From: a virus
IMG/VR virus record: IMGVR_UViG_3300032080_000001
Coordinates: 59,874-123,873 of that record
Direction: 5' to 3' (one strand)
Length of the DNA stretch: 64,000 nt
The notes under the pieces were generated by a model that was not told the DNA's origin, did no database searches, and saw only the letters and a program-made list of their open reading frames with translations. How positions within the stretch are numbered: position 1 is the first letter of the stretch; each line of letters begins with the position of its first letter. Positions 29,729 to 41,425 of the stretch are shown here, piece after piece. The position numbers and the translations under genes were made by a program.

Positions 29729-32670
29729 ATGGCGAACAAGAGCCCCGTTTCGGCCGCCGTCGCGGCGGAGAAGCGCAAGGAGGGTCCGACCACGGCCATC
29801 AATACCGTGCGGCGCGACTCGACCAAGAGCGACCACGTCCCCGGCGACCAGACCTTCCATCGTCCGCAGGGCACGCCCACCGACTTCCGCAACAACCTGG
29901 ACGTGGCCGTGGACCAGCAGGTCCCGACCGGCCAGCCCGCCTACCCGGCGCCCGAGGCGTAAGTCCGGCGCGGTTCGTACGAAGACCCGGCACTCATTCG
30001 AGAGCCGGGTCTTTCTGTTGCCCCTTGACAAAACAACGTGCCCCGTATATGTTAGTCGCGTTCGCCTGACGACTCACCAGCGAAGGAACAGCAATGCCCC
30101 CGCCCACGCCCGCGAAGCTCGGAACCCTGACGTTCCTGTGCCCCACACACGGGCCAGTGCCTCTGCGGCGCAGCGACGTACACTTTTATGCCAACCTCAA
30201 CCACGGCGTGACTGCGTCCTTCGACTGCGACTGCGGAAATAAACACCGCGTGGTGCTGATGGAAGAAAGCGGAGAGCAGGTCGGAGGCATGGGATGAACT
30301 TCGACCTGATTCGGCCGTGCGCCAATTGCCCCTTCCGTAACGACAAGCCGGGCTACCTGCGGCGCGAGCGCGTGGAAGAGCTGGAGGAGGGGATGGAACG
30401 GGGCACCTTCGCCTGCCACAAGACGGTGGACTACGACCGGTGGGACGAGGAGAGCGGAGAGGACGGCGAGCCCGCCGACTACACCCACGACGGAACCGAG
30501 CAGCACTGTGCGGGTGCGCTCATCCTCATGGAGAAGGAAGGCCGCCCGTCCCAGCTCATGCGCATCGGAGAGCGCATCGGCTTCTACAACCCGGAGAAGC
30601 TGGACATGAACTCCCCTGTCTACGCCTCCTGGGCGGAGATGGCAGACGCGATGCAGGAGTAGGAGCACCACCCAACCCAACCCAACGAAAGGCCGCACGC
30701 CCGTGATTTCGACCACGAAGAAGACCCTGCGCGAGATGGAGCCCGGCGACCGCGTCCTTCTCCAGAAGCCCGGCGAACACGCCCTGTTCCGCACGGTGGC
30801 AGTGTACCCGGAGACCGATGGCGAGGGGTACCCGTTCGTACGAATGAAGGAGGCGCCGGAACTGCGCCTGTATCTCGACCTGCGCCGCCAGTACACCGTC
30901 GCCTGCCCGCCGCAGGTCTGACCGCTCCCGGCGGGGTGCTCCTCGGCACCCCGCCATTCTTATGCCCCTTGACAAATTCGTACGACCCGATTAGATTCGG
31001 GACCGTTCTGGAGACGACTCACCGACGAAAGGTAAGACGATGGCAAAGTATCGCATCGGGAACGCGGTGCGCGGAGAGTTCTACTTCGACGCACCTGACG
31101 ACGAGACCGCGTGGACCATCGGGGCGGCCCTATTCGACAACGCATACCCGACCGTCTCCGGCCACGGCCGAATGGTGATGTTGGAGGCGGTTCGGCCGGT
31201 GAAGCAGGATTTCACACCGGGGAAGAAGGACACCGGGAGAAAGGGGTAACGGCGCCATGAAGCTCATATTCTACCACTCGGGGGACGAGGAGACACTCCA
31301 CATCGTGCTGGAGTCCGGGGACGGCCGCGACACCGACGTTATCCGCACCGACTACGACCTTGTCGGTTGGAGCGGTTTGGCAGCGGTGCGAGAGACCGCC
31401 GAGACGCTCGCGCGTGCCGCCGGGTGGTCCGTCGAGCACAGCTACGGCGACGAGGACGACTACGAGGACGAAGAGGCCCCGTGCGCCTGATAACAGCGGA
31501 GGGCGAAGCGCGCGAGATGGGCTTTCGCTTTCGCCTTGGGCGACTTGGGTACGGGTCATACCGCACCGAGGTCAACGGGGCCGTGTTACGTGGCGGGCCC
31601 TTCGCGGGGTTCCTCGCCGTGTGCCATACCCGCGAGCGCTGGCGCTACCTCGGCCTCGGGTTCTGGTGGCGAGACTACCTACGCGCGAGGTGCAAATGAG
31701 CGACGGCTGGATGCTGTACGAAAACGTGCGCTTCCCGCACTGGCGCATGAAGGCCCGCCTTGCGACAGCCGAAGAGTTAGCCGCGAGCGAGGTTCCTTTC
31801 GCGGAGGCATACGTCGCATGCAACGGCTACGACTTCCACCGGAGTGACGTGTTCAAGAAGTACTGGCGACCCGTGACGGAGGAGACCGTATGAAGGGGGA
31901 GTTCATCCGCCAGTACGTGGCGGCGTTTCTCGCCGGTCTAGCGGTGGAGGAATTCAACCAGAACCGCTCGCACCGGGCGAACGAGACCCGGTATCAGACG
32001 CCGGATGCAGTCTTCCTGGCCGAGGAGGCGTGGAAGACGCTGGAGCAGGAGGCGCCCCAGTACACCACGGAGAACGCATGAGCGGCCAGTCCACCGAGAA
32101 TCCGCTGGACGCCTTCTCGCGGGAGATGACCGGCAAGCCGCTGGCCGACCTCACGCGCGAAGAGAGGCAGGCTCTCCAGCGTCATCCAGCGTGGCTCGGC
32201 ATCGCGTACGGCATGGGGCAGCAGCGCATGAACGACCTGCTCCTGTTGGACTACAGCAGCGACCACCTGCCGCCGGGAGACAACACCCCCGAGCAAAAGG
32301 AGATGATTGGCCGAGTCACCGAGATGTTCCGACAGTTTCACGCGGCGTACCCGGAGTTCAAGGCACTGTTCCCGCAGAGCCCCGCGCCCGTGCAAGAGCG
32401 CCACAACCACGGCCTCCAGAACGCGTGGGTCCGGGCGGCTGAACTTCGTATGAAGGAGAAGGACCACGAATGATGCTTCCGCTGCCGGTGGACCAGATGC
32501 ACCCGCTCACGCGCGAAGAGGTCATCGCACGCGTTGAGGCGACGGGAGTAGCCGCGCCGCAGGTGCGCAGTGTGGTGCGCGCTCTCGCGGACGAGCGACT
32601 GGTCAACTTCTTCGGCATCCACGGGTCTGATACCGTCATCGCGGTGTACTACCCTGACCAGCCTAACTGA
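29729..32670 (+). other. Small hypothetical CDS (29729-29962, 30094-30297, 30294-30662 Cys-rich, 30703-30921, 31040-31249, 31257-31490, 31696-31893, 31890-32081, 32078-32473, 32470-32670)
   Basis: Promoter/RBS-led or translationally coupled ORFs. Confidence 0.6.
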
Positions 32671-33108
32671 CGACTTCGTACGACCCGCCGGGTTGACAGA
32701 ATCGTACTGTACCGGTATATTACCGGCGTTGTGCGACTTCATGGGACGCGCCCGCTTCATCTTAAGCGTCCCCTACTTCGTACCGTGGATAACGGTACTG
32801 TACATACAGGACACCGGTCCGCTTCATACGGGCGGACCGGCTCCGATCACGTTGCGCGAGACATGCTGACGCCGACTGGAGTGCCTCTAGTCCTGAACCC
32901 CGCTGTACCGCGCGGCATGTCGTTCCAGCTTAACGGAAGCCTCGTCCTGAATCCCAAGGACGTTTACGATTTCGGCACGGTGTACATCGCCCCCGGCCTC
33001 TTGCAGCCGGAGGCATTGACAAATGCCGGTGACCCTATTAGCTTAACGGACGTAGCTGACTCGGCCACTTCACCCGAGCCAACTTCGACACCTGGGGAGA
33101 CGACGCGC

Positions 33109-34626
33109 ATGGCGAAGCAGAACGTAATGAAGGTTCCGAACCCGAGGACGGGTCAGGACGAGCCGCAGTTCATCGACGTGGAGTTCCACGGTGTCGTCGT
33201 CCCCCTGCTGGAAGTGCGGCGCGCCCTGCGCGGGGACAAGAAGCTGCGTCAGGAAGACATCGCCGCGCTGACCGCCAACTACACGCCGGACAAGCGCGCC
33301 CTGCACCAGACCTCGGTCAGCAACTATTTCCTCGGCAAGGTCCCGATGCACGACGCCGTAGTGTCGTTGCTGGAGGCGACCTTCACGCCCGCCGAGGCGC
33401 AGTCGATGGCGACGAAGAGCCCGCTGATGAGCGCGCCCGTCCCCACGCCGCAGGTCTCGGGCCTCACCACAGCGGACCTCGTGGACCCCAAGACGGCGGG
33501 CGTCCTGACGACCGCGATGCTGGAGCAGGCGGAGCAGGAGCGACAGAAGGCCCTACAGACCGGTCGCGTAAACACCGCGTCGCCCACGTTCCAGAACATC
33601 CCGGTACCGCGCACGGCGGGCGCCCCGGCCTTCGCGCAGACGCTATCCGCCGTGGGAGGGGGAGCGCCACTCTCGCCGGACGCCACGGTGGTGCCGCAGG
33701 CGCCGACCACGCAGACGCACACCGTCGCGGTCAAGGCGCTCCAGCCTTTCCCGATGGATAAGGCGCACGAGCTGGCGGCGGGCGTGCGCACGGCCGAGCG
33801 GAAGGGTGACGTGACGACCACGTTCTCGCTGCGCAAGCTGGTGGCGTGGGGTCGCGCGTACTACCTGCTCCAGCAGGAGGGCTACGACCCGAAGGAGGCG
33901 CTGTCCGGGGCGTTCCACCTCGCCGCCGAGGGCAAGACCTACGGCGAGGACCGCACGTTCCTCAAGAACCTGTTTCAGGCCAAGTTCGGCTTCGAGAGCA
34001 AGCCGCCGCGCGAGAACTCTCGCGTGGCGCTGTCCGAGGGGCGCCACCCGATGTCCTACCTCATCGAGCCGCTGGTGCGTGAGGGCATGCACGTCTGGCT
34101 GCACGGACCGACCGGGGCGGGGAAGACGCACTCGGTGTTCGACATCGCCGCGCGCCTCAACCGCAAGGTGGTCCGCTTTCAGGGCAAGGGGGACGCGACC
34201 ACGGACGACTTTGTGGGTGGCTTCGGGCTCAAGAGCGAGAACGGCGCGTCGGTGACGGAGTTCCAGTACGGCCCGCTTCCGAAGGCGATGATGGAGGGGT
34301 CCCTGCTGAACATTGACGAAATCACGACCCTCCCGGCCGAGGTGCTCTTCGAGTTGCAGGCGGTGCTGGAGGGCAAGCCGCTGGTTCTTACGAAGAACCG
34401 GGGTGAGGAGATTCTCCCTGCCCCCGGCTTCGCGGTGGTGGCGGCCGACAACACGCTCGGCCTCGGGGAGGCCCCGGCCTACGTCGGGACCAACGTGATG
34501 AACGAGGCGTTCCGCGACCGCTTCTTCTTCATCGAGTACGGCTACATGCCTGACGCGATGGAGAAGCGGGCCCTGAAAAGCGAACTGGAGGCGTTCTTCA
34601 ACCCGCGCGGGTGGGCGGTGGCCTGA
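33109..34626 (+). CDS. CobS/CbbQ/NirQ-type MoxR AAA+ ATPase with N-terminal HTH (longer isoform possible from ATG 32863)
   Basis: GPTGAGKT, LNIDE, YGPL..AM, NEAFRDRF. Confidence 0.85.
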   Translation: MAKQNVMKVPNPRTGQDEPQFIDVEFHGVVVPLLEVRRALRGDKKLRQEDIAALTANYTPDKRALHQTSVSNYFLGKVPMHDAVVSLLEATFTPAEAQSMATKSPLMSAPVPTPQVSGLTTADLVDPKTAGVLTTAMLEQAEQERQKALQTGRVNTASPTFQNIPVPRTAGAPAFAQTLSAVGGGAPLSPDATVVPQAPTTQTHTVAVKALQPFPMDKAHELAAGVRTAERKGDVTTTFSLRKLVAWGRAYYLLQQEGYDPKEALSGAFHLAAEGKTYGEDRTFLKNLFQAKFGFESKPPRENSRVALSEGRHPMSYLIEPLVREGMHVWLHGPTGAGKTHSVFDIAARLNRKVVRFQGKGDATTDDFVGGFGLKSENGASVTEFQYGPLPKAMMEGSLLNIDEITTLPAEVLFELQAVLEGKPLVLTKNRGEEILPAPGFAVVAADNTLGLGEAPAYVGTNVMNEAFRDRFFFIEYGYMPDAMEKRALKSELEAFFNPRGWAVA

Positions 34627-35483
34627 TGGCGCTACGCGAGTGGACGAACACCACGCTGGTGTGGGGAGCGGTGGACCAGCCGCTCCTCCACCCGCACGGT
34701 CCGACCACCGTCGAGTGGCTGCGCTGGTTGCAGGCGCGGCGGCCGGACATCGTGCTGGAGTACCCCAACGGCGAACTTCACGGCAACGACTGACGAAAGG
34801 TTGACGATGCGCCCCACCCACACCGTCTCCGTTGGAGACCTGCAAGACTTCTCCTTCGAGACGACGCTGGCAAGCGGGCACAGCAAGCGAGGACGCAAGC
34901 ATCTGGTTGCCCGCACCGTCTTCCACGACGAAGGCTATGCCGTGACGGTGTTCGTGGTAAAAGTCGGAACGGAGGACGAGGGCGCCAGCACGCACCTGCA
35001 AGACGCGGTGGACATGTACAACGACCTCTGACGAAAGGCCGACGATGCAGGACGGATTCTACTGGTACACACAGCGCGGTAAAGACCGCACAGTCGTGAG
35101 AGTCGAAACCTCGACCGACCCCACGGAGGACGCGGGGCCGTGGGTGTACTTCCCCGGAGAAGACGGAGAGACACACATCGAGGAGCTGTGCGGGTCGTTC
35201 ACCGGCCCCCTCCAGCCGCCCACCTGACGAGAGGACGCTGATGGAACGCTTCGCCAAGATTGTGGAGACGGGGGACGCACAGGTTCTCTTCTTCATCGAG
35301 CACGACGCCGACAGTGACCGCACCCAGCTTCACCAGATGACCGTGGTGGACGGCGCGCAGGCGGACATGGCAATCGGCTTCGGAGGGGAGAACCAGTTCG
35401 AGCACGCGGTGGACATGCTGCGCAAGGCCGACGAAGAATACGCCTCCGACGTGGTGCGTGAGATTCGTAGAGTGCTCGCTTAA
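34625..35483 (+). other. Small hypothetical CDS (34625-34793, 34807-35031, 35045-35227, 35241-35483)
   Basis: GAAAGG/GAGG RBS-led ORFs. Confidence 0.55.
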
Positions 35484-35570
35484 CGCGAGGGTCAGTCCTT
35501 GACAAACGGGACTGACCCTATTAGCTTCTACCTCGTTCGCACGACGACTCGCAACCGGGAACCGATCAAC

Positions 35571-37751
35571 ATGCAGAGAGCAGGGCGCCACTCCGGCAAG
35601 GGCGTATTCGCGGCCACCGCGCTGGCGAAGGTGATGTCCGGCGACATGGGCGAGTTGAAGCTCGCCATCGGGAAGCCGGGCTACAACCCGCACACGAACA
35701 CCCTGTACCTTCCGGGCATCCCCGGCGACGACCTTCCCGAGGACGCGCTCAAGCTGCTGCGGGCGTATCTCCAACACGAAGCCGCCGAGCGCGGGCGCTC
35801 GACGTGGGACCCCCGCGACCCCCGTTGGTTCAACAAGGACCCGAGCAAGCGGAAGCCGGGGCTCAAGAAGCTGGTCAACGCCATCAACGACGCGCGTATC
35901 GACCTCTCGTACGAGCACGACTTCCCCGGCGCGTACCTAAACATCCGGTGGGCCGTGCAGCGGGACATTGACGAGCTGCTGGTGAAGAACGCGGCGGAGC
36001 CGCTCAAGCCGAGCGTCAACCTCGTCGCCACCCTCTCGCGCTACGTGGGGGAAGGTCTCCTCACCGTGGACGACCTGTACCGAGAGTTCCCCCAACTGAG
36101 GAAGCACCTCGACAAGGTGCAGCACCTCCTGCGGGCGCTGGACCTGACGAGTGAGGACCGCATCATCGAGCAGGCCATCGCCATCTACAGGCTTCTTAAG
36201 AAGCCGGGCGAGACGCCCAAGCCACAGCCGCAGCCCTCGAAGGGTACACAGGACCAGCAGCCGCCGGAGCAGGAGGATGGCGAGGGGGACGACGCGGGCG
36301 AGTCTCAGGACCAGTCGGAGGCGGCGCAGCAGCAGTCCAAGAACTCGAAAAACAAACCCGAGCACGGTCGCGAGCCGGACGCCAAGAGCGAGAGTCCCAA
36401 CGCCGACGAGAAGGGCAAGCAGGGCAAGGGGCAGAACAACGACGAGGCGGACGAGGGAGAGGACGACACCGAAGAGCACGACGGGCTCGACGGTGAGGAC
36501 GACAGCGACGTGCCCGAAAGGTCCGGTGGTGGCGGCAGCGGCGGGGAAGAGGAAGACGAAGGGGAAGAGGACGACGAGGCTGACGAATTTTCGGACGAGT
36601 GGGACGACGGACTGGACGACTTCGAGGAGGACGGTAATTCGTCCAACGAAGGGGGCAGCAACGCCTCTGGTGGTGGCAACGCCGGGGGCGGTGCGCACGA
36701 CGATAGGGGACCGGCCAGCGGGCAGTCCGGCGAGCACTCGCACGAACTCGGAGAACCCGGTGAACCGCCGTTGGACGATGAGGCGGACACCGACCACGAC
36801 ACCGAGCAGTCCATGCTGGACGACATCGTGGACGCGCTCTTCGACGGGCAGCAGTTTCACGAACACTATGGCTCAGAGGCCACGACGTACACGTGGGACC
36901 CGACCGGCGACTCGGTCTCCGTGGTGAACCACCGCGATGGCAAGCCGCTTTCGCCAAGCTCCTACAAGGCCCCGGCACAGGTGCTGGAGACGAAGCTCCG
37001 GCAGGCGCTGACCATGCCCGCCCCGCGCATGACGCGCGGCCGGGAGCGCGGCGAGGTGGACGAGAGGGTGCTGCACAAGGTCCCGGCGGGCGTGTCGTCC
37101 GTCTTCCGGCGGCGCATCGTACAGGAGGCGGATTCCGTGGCGGCCAGTCTGTCGTGGGACGAGTCGGGGTCGATGGGCGGCGTCTTCGGGCCAGGGTCCA
37201 TCGACGTGGTAAAAACTCTGGCCTATGTCTTTAACGAAGCGCTGGGACGCCTCGGCATTCCGACCGAGATGCTGGGATGGACGACTGGCGGCTACGTGGC
37301 AAACCCGAACGTGTACCGCCGCAACACGGCCCGACACCGCATCTACAAGGAGTTCAAGGACGCCTACACCGACCCCAAGGTGTTGGCGCGCCTCGGGAAG
37401 ATGGCGGCTTCTGGCTCTACGCCCACGGCCGAGGGGCTGCGGGTGGCGCTGGAGCGGCTGGGCGCGCGACCGGAGAAGCGCAAGGTGCTCTTCTTCCTGA
37501 CGGACGGCCGCCCCGAGATGTCGGTAAACGGACCCAAGCAGGTGCACGAGGAGTACATTTTCACCCTGTTGGAACGCGCGGAGAGGGCGGGCATCGAAGT
37601 GGTCGGCGTCGGCATCAAGGCGGACGTGTCCAAGTACTTCACGCGGTCGGTGCACGTCAACAACATCACCGACATCCGCGCCCGTGTGGCCGACGAGCTG
37701 GTGAAGGTGCTGCGCGAGGGCAAGCGGCTGGTTCTTGCGGGCAAGGCGTAA
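35571..37751 (+). CDS. CobT-like vWA protein
   Basis: HEAAE, NAINDARI, long acidic linker, MIDAS DESGSM, STPT, LTDG.P. Confidence 0.85.
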   Translation: MQRAGRHSGKGVFAATALAKVMSGDMGELKLAIGKPGYNPHTNTLYLPGIPGDDLPEDALKLLRAYLQHEAAERGRSTWDPRDPRWFNKDPSKRKPGLKKLVNAINDARIDLSYEHDFPGAYLNIRWAVQRDIDELLVKNAAEPLKPSVNLVATLSRYVGEGLLTVDDLYREFPQLRKHLDKVQHLLRALDLTSEDRIIEQAIAIYRLLKKPGETPKPQPQPSKGTQDQQPPEQEDGEGDDAGESQDQSEAAQQQSKNSKNKPEHGREPDAKSESPNADEKGKQGKGQNNDEADEGEDDTEEHDGLDGEDDSDVPERSGGGGSGGEEEDEGEEDDEADEFSDEWDDGLDDFEEDGNSSNEGGSNASGGGNAGGGAHDDRGPASGQSGEHSHELGEPGEPPLDDEADTDHDTEQSMLDDIVDALFDGQQFHEHYGSEATTYTWDPTGDSVSVVNHRDGKPLSPSSYKAPAQVLETKLRQALTMPAPRMTRGRERGEVDERVLHKVPAGVSSVFRRRIVQEADSVAASLSWDESGSMGGVFGPGSIDVVKTLAYVFNEALGRLGIPTEMLGWTTGGYVANPNVYRRNTARHRIYKEFKDAYTDPKVLARLGKMAASGSTPTAEGLRVALERLGARPEKRKVLFFLTDGRPEMSVNGPKQVHEEYIFTLLERAERAGIEVVGVGIKADVSKYFTRSVHVNNITDIRARVADELVKVLREGKRLVLAGKA

Positions 37752-37894
37752 GAACGCCGGGAGCCGTACCGAGGAGGCGGGTCAAGCCCGCCTCCTTCTT
37801 ACGACCCCTTGACAAGAGTCGGTGACCCCATTACATTACCGGTACGTTGAAGGTACGACACGTCACGCATCCTTGGAACGAAAGGCACCAGACG

Positions 37895-38917
37895 ATGACT
37901 CTCGACTTCGACCTCGTCATCGTGGGCGCAGGACCGGCGGGCCTCTCGGCGGCCGTGTACGGCAGCACCGAGGGACACCGCACACTGGTGGTGAACGGCG
38001 GGAAGGTGGGCGGGCAGGCTGGGGAGTCGGCTCTCATCGAGAACTACCTCGGGTTCCCGCACGGCATCTCGGGCGAGCAGCTCGCCACCTACGGCTACCA
38101 GCAGGCCACGCGCTTCGGTACCGAGTTCGTGAACGAAACCGTGACGGACATCGTCGCCCTCTCCAACGGGGTACGCGTAGTCTCCCTCTCCGGCGGCCGG
38201 TCGGTCTCCTGCGCGTCGGTGGTGCTCGCCTGCGGCGTGGAGTACAAGCGGCTCGGCGTGCCGGACCTCGACCACTGCATCGGGCGCGGCGTGTACTACG
38301 GGTCCATGCCCGAACGGCCGTTCACCCGCGAAGACCACGTCTTCATCGTGGGCGGCGCCAACTCGGCGGGACAGGCAGCGTGCCATCTCGCCCAGTTCGC
38401 CGGGAAGGTCACGATGCTGGTGCGGAGCAACACGACGCTGGCTGCGTACCTCGACAAGCGCGTGCGCGAGAACCCCCGCATCGAAGTCGTGGTCGGGGCG
38501 GAGGTGGTCGGGTGCGGGTACGACGAGAACCGCCACCTGACGCACGTGCACTACGCGACGCACGGCGGGCTCCTCGTCACGGTGGAACCGGCCGCCGCCC
38601 TGTCGGTCTTCATCGGCGCGGCGCCGCGCACCGACTGGCTCCCGTACGGCATCGTGTGCGACGAGCAGGGTTACGTCCTCACCGGGGGCGACCTGCCCGA
38701 CCACTTCCGCAGCGCCTACGAGGTCTTCCATGACCGCGCTCCGGACATGCTGGAGACCTCCATGCCCGGCGTGTACGCGGCGGGAGACGTGCGGAAGGGC
38801 AGCACGAAGCGTATCGCCGCCGCCGCAGGCGAGGGAGCGTTCTGCATCACCTTCGCCGGGCCGAACCGGCGTCGCGTCGAAGCGAGCCTGCGGGAGGAGG
38901 AGGAGGAGGCGGCATGA
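37895..38917 (+). CDS. TrxB-like FAD/NAD(P)H oxidoreductase lacking CxxC
   Basis: GAGPAG, IENYLGFP, GGANSA, ETSMPGVYAAGD; GVYYGSM in place of CxxC. Confidence 0.85.
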   Translation: MTLDFDLVIVGAGPAGLSAAVYGSTEGHRTLVVNGGKVGGQAGESALIENYLGFPHGISGEQLATYGYQQATRFGTEFVNETVTDIVALSNGVRVVSLSGGRSVSCASVVLACGVEYKRLGVPDLDHCIGRGVYYGSMPERPFTREDHVFIVGGANSAGQAACHLAQFAGKVTMLVRSNTTLAAYLDKRVRENPRIEVVVGAEVVGCGYDENRHLTHVHYATHGGLLVTVEPAAALSVFIGAAPRTDWLPYGIVCDEQGYVLTGGDLPDHFRSAYEVFHDRAPDMLETSMPGVYAAGDVRKGSTKRIAAAAGEGAFCITFAGPNRRRVEASLREEEEEAA

Positions 38918-40168
38918 GCTACGGAACGGAGGTGAAGCTGACGCCCCACCCGTACTCCAAGTCCATGAAGTTCGCCACGTGCCCTAACGGGTGCCTGGGC
39001 GGCGACGGGGCCCCGATTCGTACGATGGTGGAGACGTGGAGCACCCCGGTGAAAGTCACCAACCGGTGCGGGTGCCACATCGTCGGCTCGGAGACCAAGG
39101 ACACGGTGCGCTTCTATCCCAAGCGATGAACATGAACGAGCACGCCTGCAACCGCAAAGCATGCCAGCAACGCGGTGCGCGCTGGTGGAACCGCCACATG
39201 CGGGCATACTACTGCACGGAGTGCGCGGGTCTCATCGCCCGCGCGCAGGACCCGTTCGCGTACGGCTGGTTCACGCTCGACGGGCCGGACGGGGAGAGCA
39301 TGGACGACGTTCGTAAGAATACCGACCGGATGTGGGCCATCGAAGATGTCGAGGGTTGGCCCGGCCGAACCCTATCAACACACCCAAGAGACACGAGGAT
39401 TACCCGATGAACCAGAACACCCGCACGCTGCCCGGCATGGCCCTCCCCCTGGCCGCCGCCCTTGCCATGCAGTACGACAAGAACGGCCACGCCCGGACGG
39501 GGCCCCACCTGCTCCCGCGCCAGAAGCCGGACGCGGCCAAGACGCGCGCCGCGAAGAAGAAAGCTCGCCAGCAGCAGAAGGCCGGGCGCAGGGCCGCGCG
39601 AAAGGGGCGCTGATGGCGACCACGGTGGAGTACATCGCGTACACGCCCAAGTTCGGCGGAACGCAGCGGGAGACCACGGAGACCTACTCCGTTACGGCCG
39701 GACCCGCCGTGCTGGAGAAGGCGAAGCGCCGCGCGAGAGCGCTCGCCTCCAAGACCGGTCATTCACACATCGCCGTCGCGGACACGACGGGCAAGCTACT
39801 CTGGAACGGCCCGGCGTTCGCCCCTTGACAAAACTAACGGACCCTATTAGGTTGAGGTCCGGCAGAAGAGAGTGACCTACGGCGAAAGGATGGCGATGAG
39901 GGTAGTAGACGAGAGGGCGAGCACTGGCGTGCCGCTGGACAGCATCCCCGTCAACGGCACGTTCGAGTACGAGGGTAGGGTCTACCTCAAGGCGAACGGC
40001 ACGTTCCACATGAAAGGATACCGCGTGGGCATCACCGGCGGCGAACTGTACCACTTCGCCGTGGACCTCAACAACGGGACCGTGCAGAGCATCTTCAACG
40101 GAGGCGGACTTACCTACCAGACGCGGGTGCAGCCCGTAACCGCCGAGGTGCGGCTGGTCTCGCAGTAG
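38914..40168 (+). other. Small hypothetical CDS (38914-39129, 39126-39410, 39407-39613, 39613-39828, 39872-40168)
   Basis: Coupled ORFs. Confidence 0.55.
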
Positions 40169-40238
40169 GACGACACACCCCGCGCCCGCGTGCACGGAGG
40201 CCGCGCGGCGCATCGCACAGCCGATGAAAGGCAACACG

Positions 40239-40787
40239 ATGGCGAAGAACACCACGCTGGTGAAGCTGTCCCTCTCTCCCACGGCGCTCGTAGCCGAGGG
40301 CACACCGACTGCCGAGACCCGCCTCACGGACCTCCGCGTCAGGCACTACTACTACGGCAGCTATCGGTCGCTCGGTAAGGTCTCCCTCAGCTCGCTGGCG
40401 AAGGTGGGCATCTTCACGCTCGGAGACCTGACGAGCTTCACGAAGGAGGAGGTGAAGGACATCAAACGCGTATACGGCGACACGCTGGCCGCGCTCAACC
40501 TGGCCCTGAGCGGGGCCGGACTCAAGTACAGCCCTACCTCGGGCAGCGTGAGCGTGACCGTGAAGGGCGAACTCGCCGCCCGCACCGTCGAGTCCGCGAA
40601 GATGGCGGGCCAGAGCCCGGCCGCGCTGCTCTCCAGCATCATCAGCGCCAACGAGAGCCTGCTGCTGGAGAGCGTGGGCGACGTGCTGGCCGAGCAGAAG
40701 CGCCAGAAGGCCGCCGCGCTGTTCGACGAGGCCAGGAAGCTCCAGCAGCAGGCTCACGACCTGCTGGCCGAGGTGCAGGCGGGCTGA
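40239..40787 (+). CDS. RNA polymerase alpha-CTD-like domain fused to a ribbon-helix-helix-like domain
   Basis: SLAKVGIFTLGDLTSFTKEEVKDIK...ALSGAGL; SVSVTVKGELAART..SAKMAGQSPAALL. Confidence 0.65.
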   Translation: MAKNTTLVKLSLSPTALVAEGTPTAETRLTDLRVRHYYYGSYRSLGKVSLSSLAKVGIFTLGDLTSFTKEEVKDIKRVYGDTLAALNLALSGAGLKYSPTSGSVSVTVKGELAARTVESAKMAGQSPAALLSSIISANESLLLESVGDVLAEQKRQKAAALFDEARKLQQQAHDLLAEVQAG

Positions 40788-41029
40788 CACCGACACCCCT
40801 TGACAAAACGGCCTGATGCTATTAGGTTAGACAGGTCGAGCAAATCAGGGGCGACTGAACCGGCCACCGAGGAGAGGAGCAAAACGATGAGACGCACCCG
40901 CTAGAGACGACGATAGGGCGACAGAGGGACCAAAAGAGGAGGGGAGCCGCCCGGTCGCGCGGGCGGCTCTTCTCGGACCACCGCTACCGGTACAGTACCG
41001 GGACACTTCGCAACCGGGGAGACACGACG

Positions 41030-41425
41030 ATGCGCACGATCATTCCGAAGAGGGCCGAGGTCAAGTTCCACAAGGACATCCACCTGCCCGCGAAGCTGCG
41101 CGACGCAGCGCTGTCGGCGGTGGTTCGTACGAACGGCCGGTACACCCTGACGAAGCATGCCGAGGAGCGCCTGCGTGGCGTCGAGTTCGGGTGGGGCGTG
41201 ACTCTGCCGGAGCGCATCCCGTTCCAGCAGGCCGAGGTCATCGAGGTGACGACCACCGACGACGGCGTGTTCGAGAAGGCGCTGCTCCGGTTCCCCTCGG
41301 GCGACAGTCTCCACGACCTGTGCGTGTCGTTCACGAAGGACGGCAAGCTGGCGACCGTGTACGTCAACGAGGCGAAGGACGCGCACCGCACGCTGCGCCA
41401 CGACGTGTACGCGAGGGCCGCATGA
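41030..41425 (+). CDS. DUF4258/RelE-fold-like putative endoribonuclease
   Basis: YTLTKHAEERL...VIEV...LLR...DLCV...TVY. Confidence 0.5.
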   Translation: MRTIIPKRAEVKFHKDIHLPAKLRDAALSAVVRTNGRYTLTKHAEERLRGVEFGWGVTLPERIPFQQAEVIEVTTTDDGVFEKALLRFPSGDSLHDLCVSFTKDGKLATVYVNEAKDAHRTLRHDVYARAA

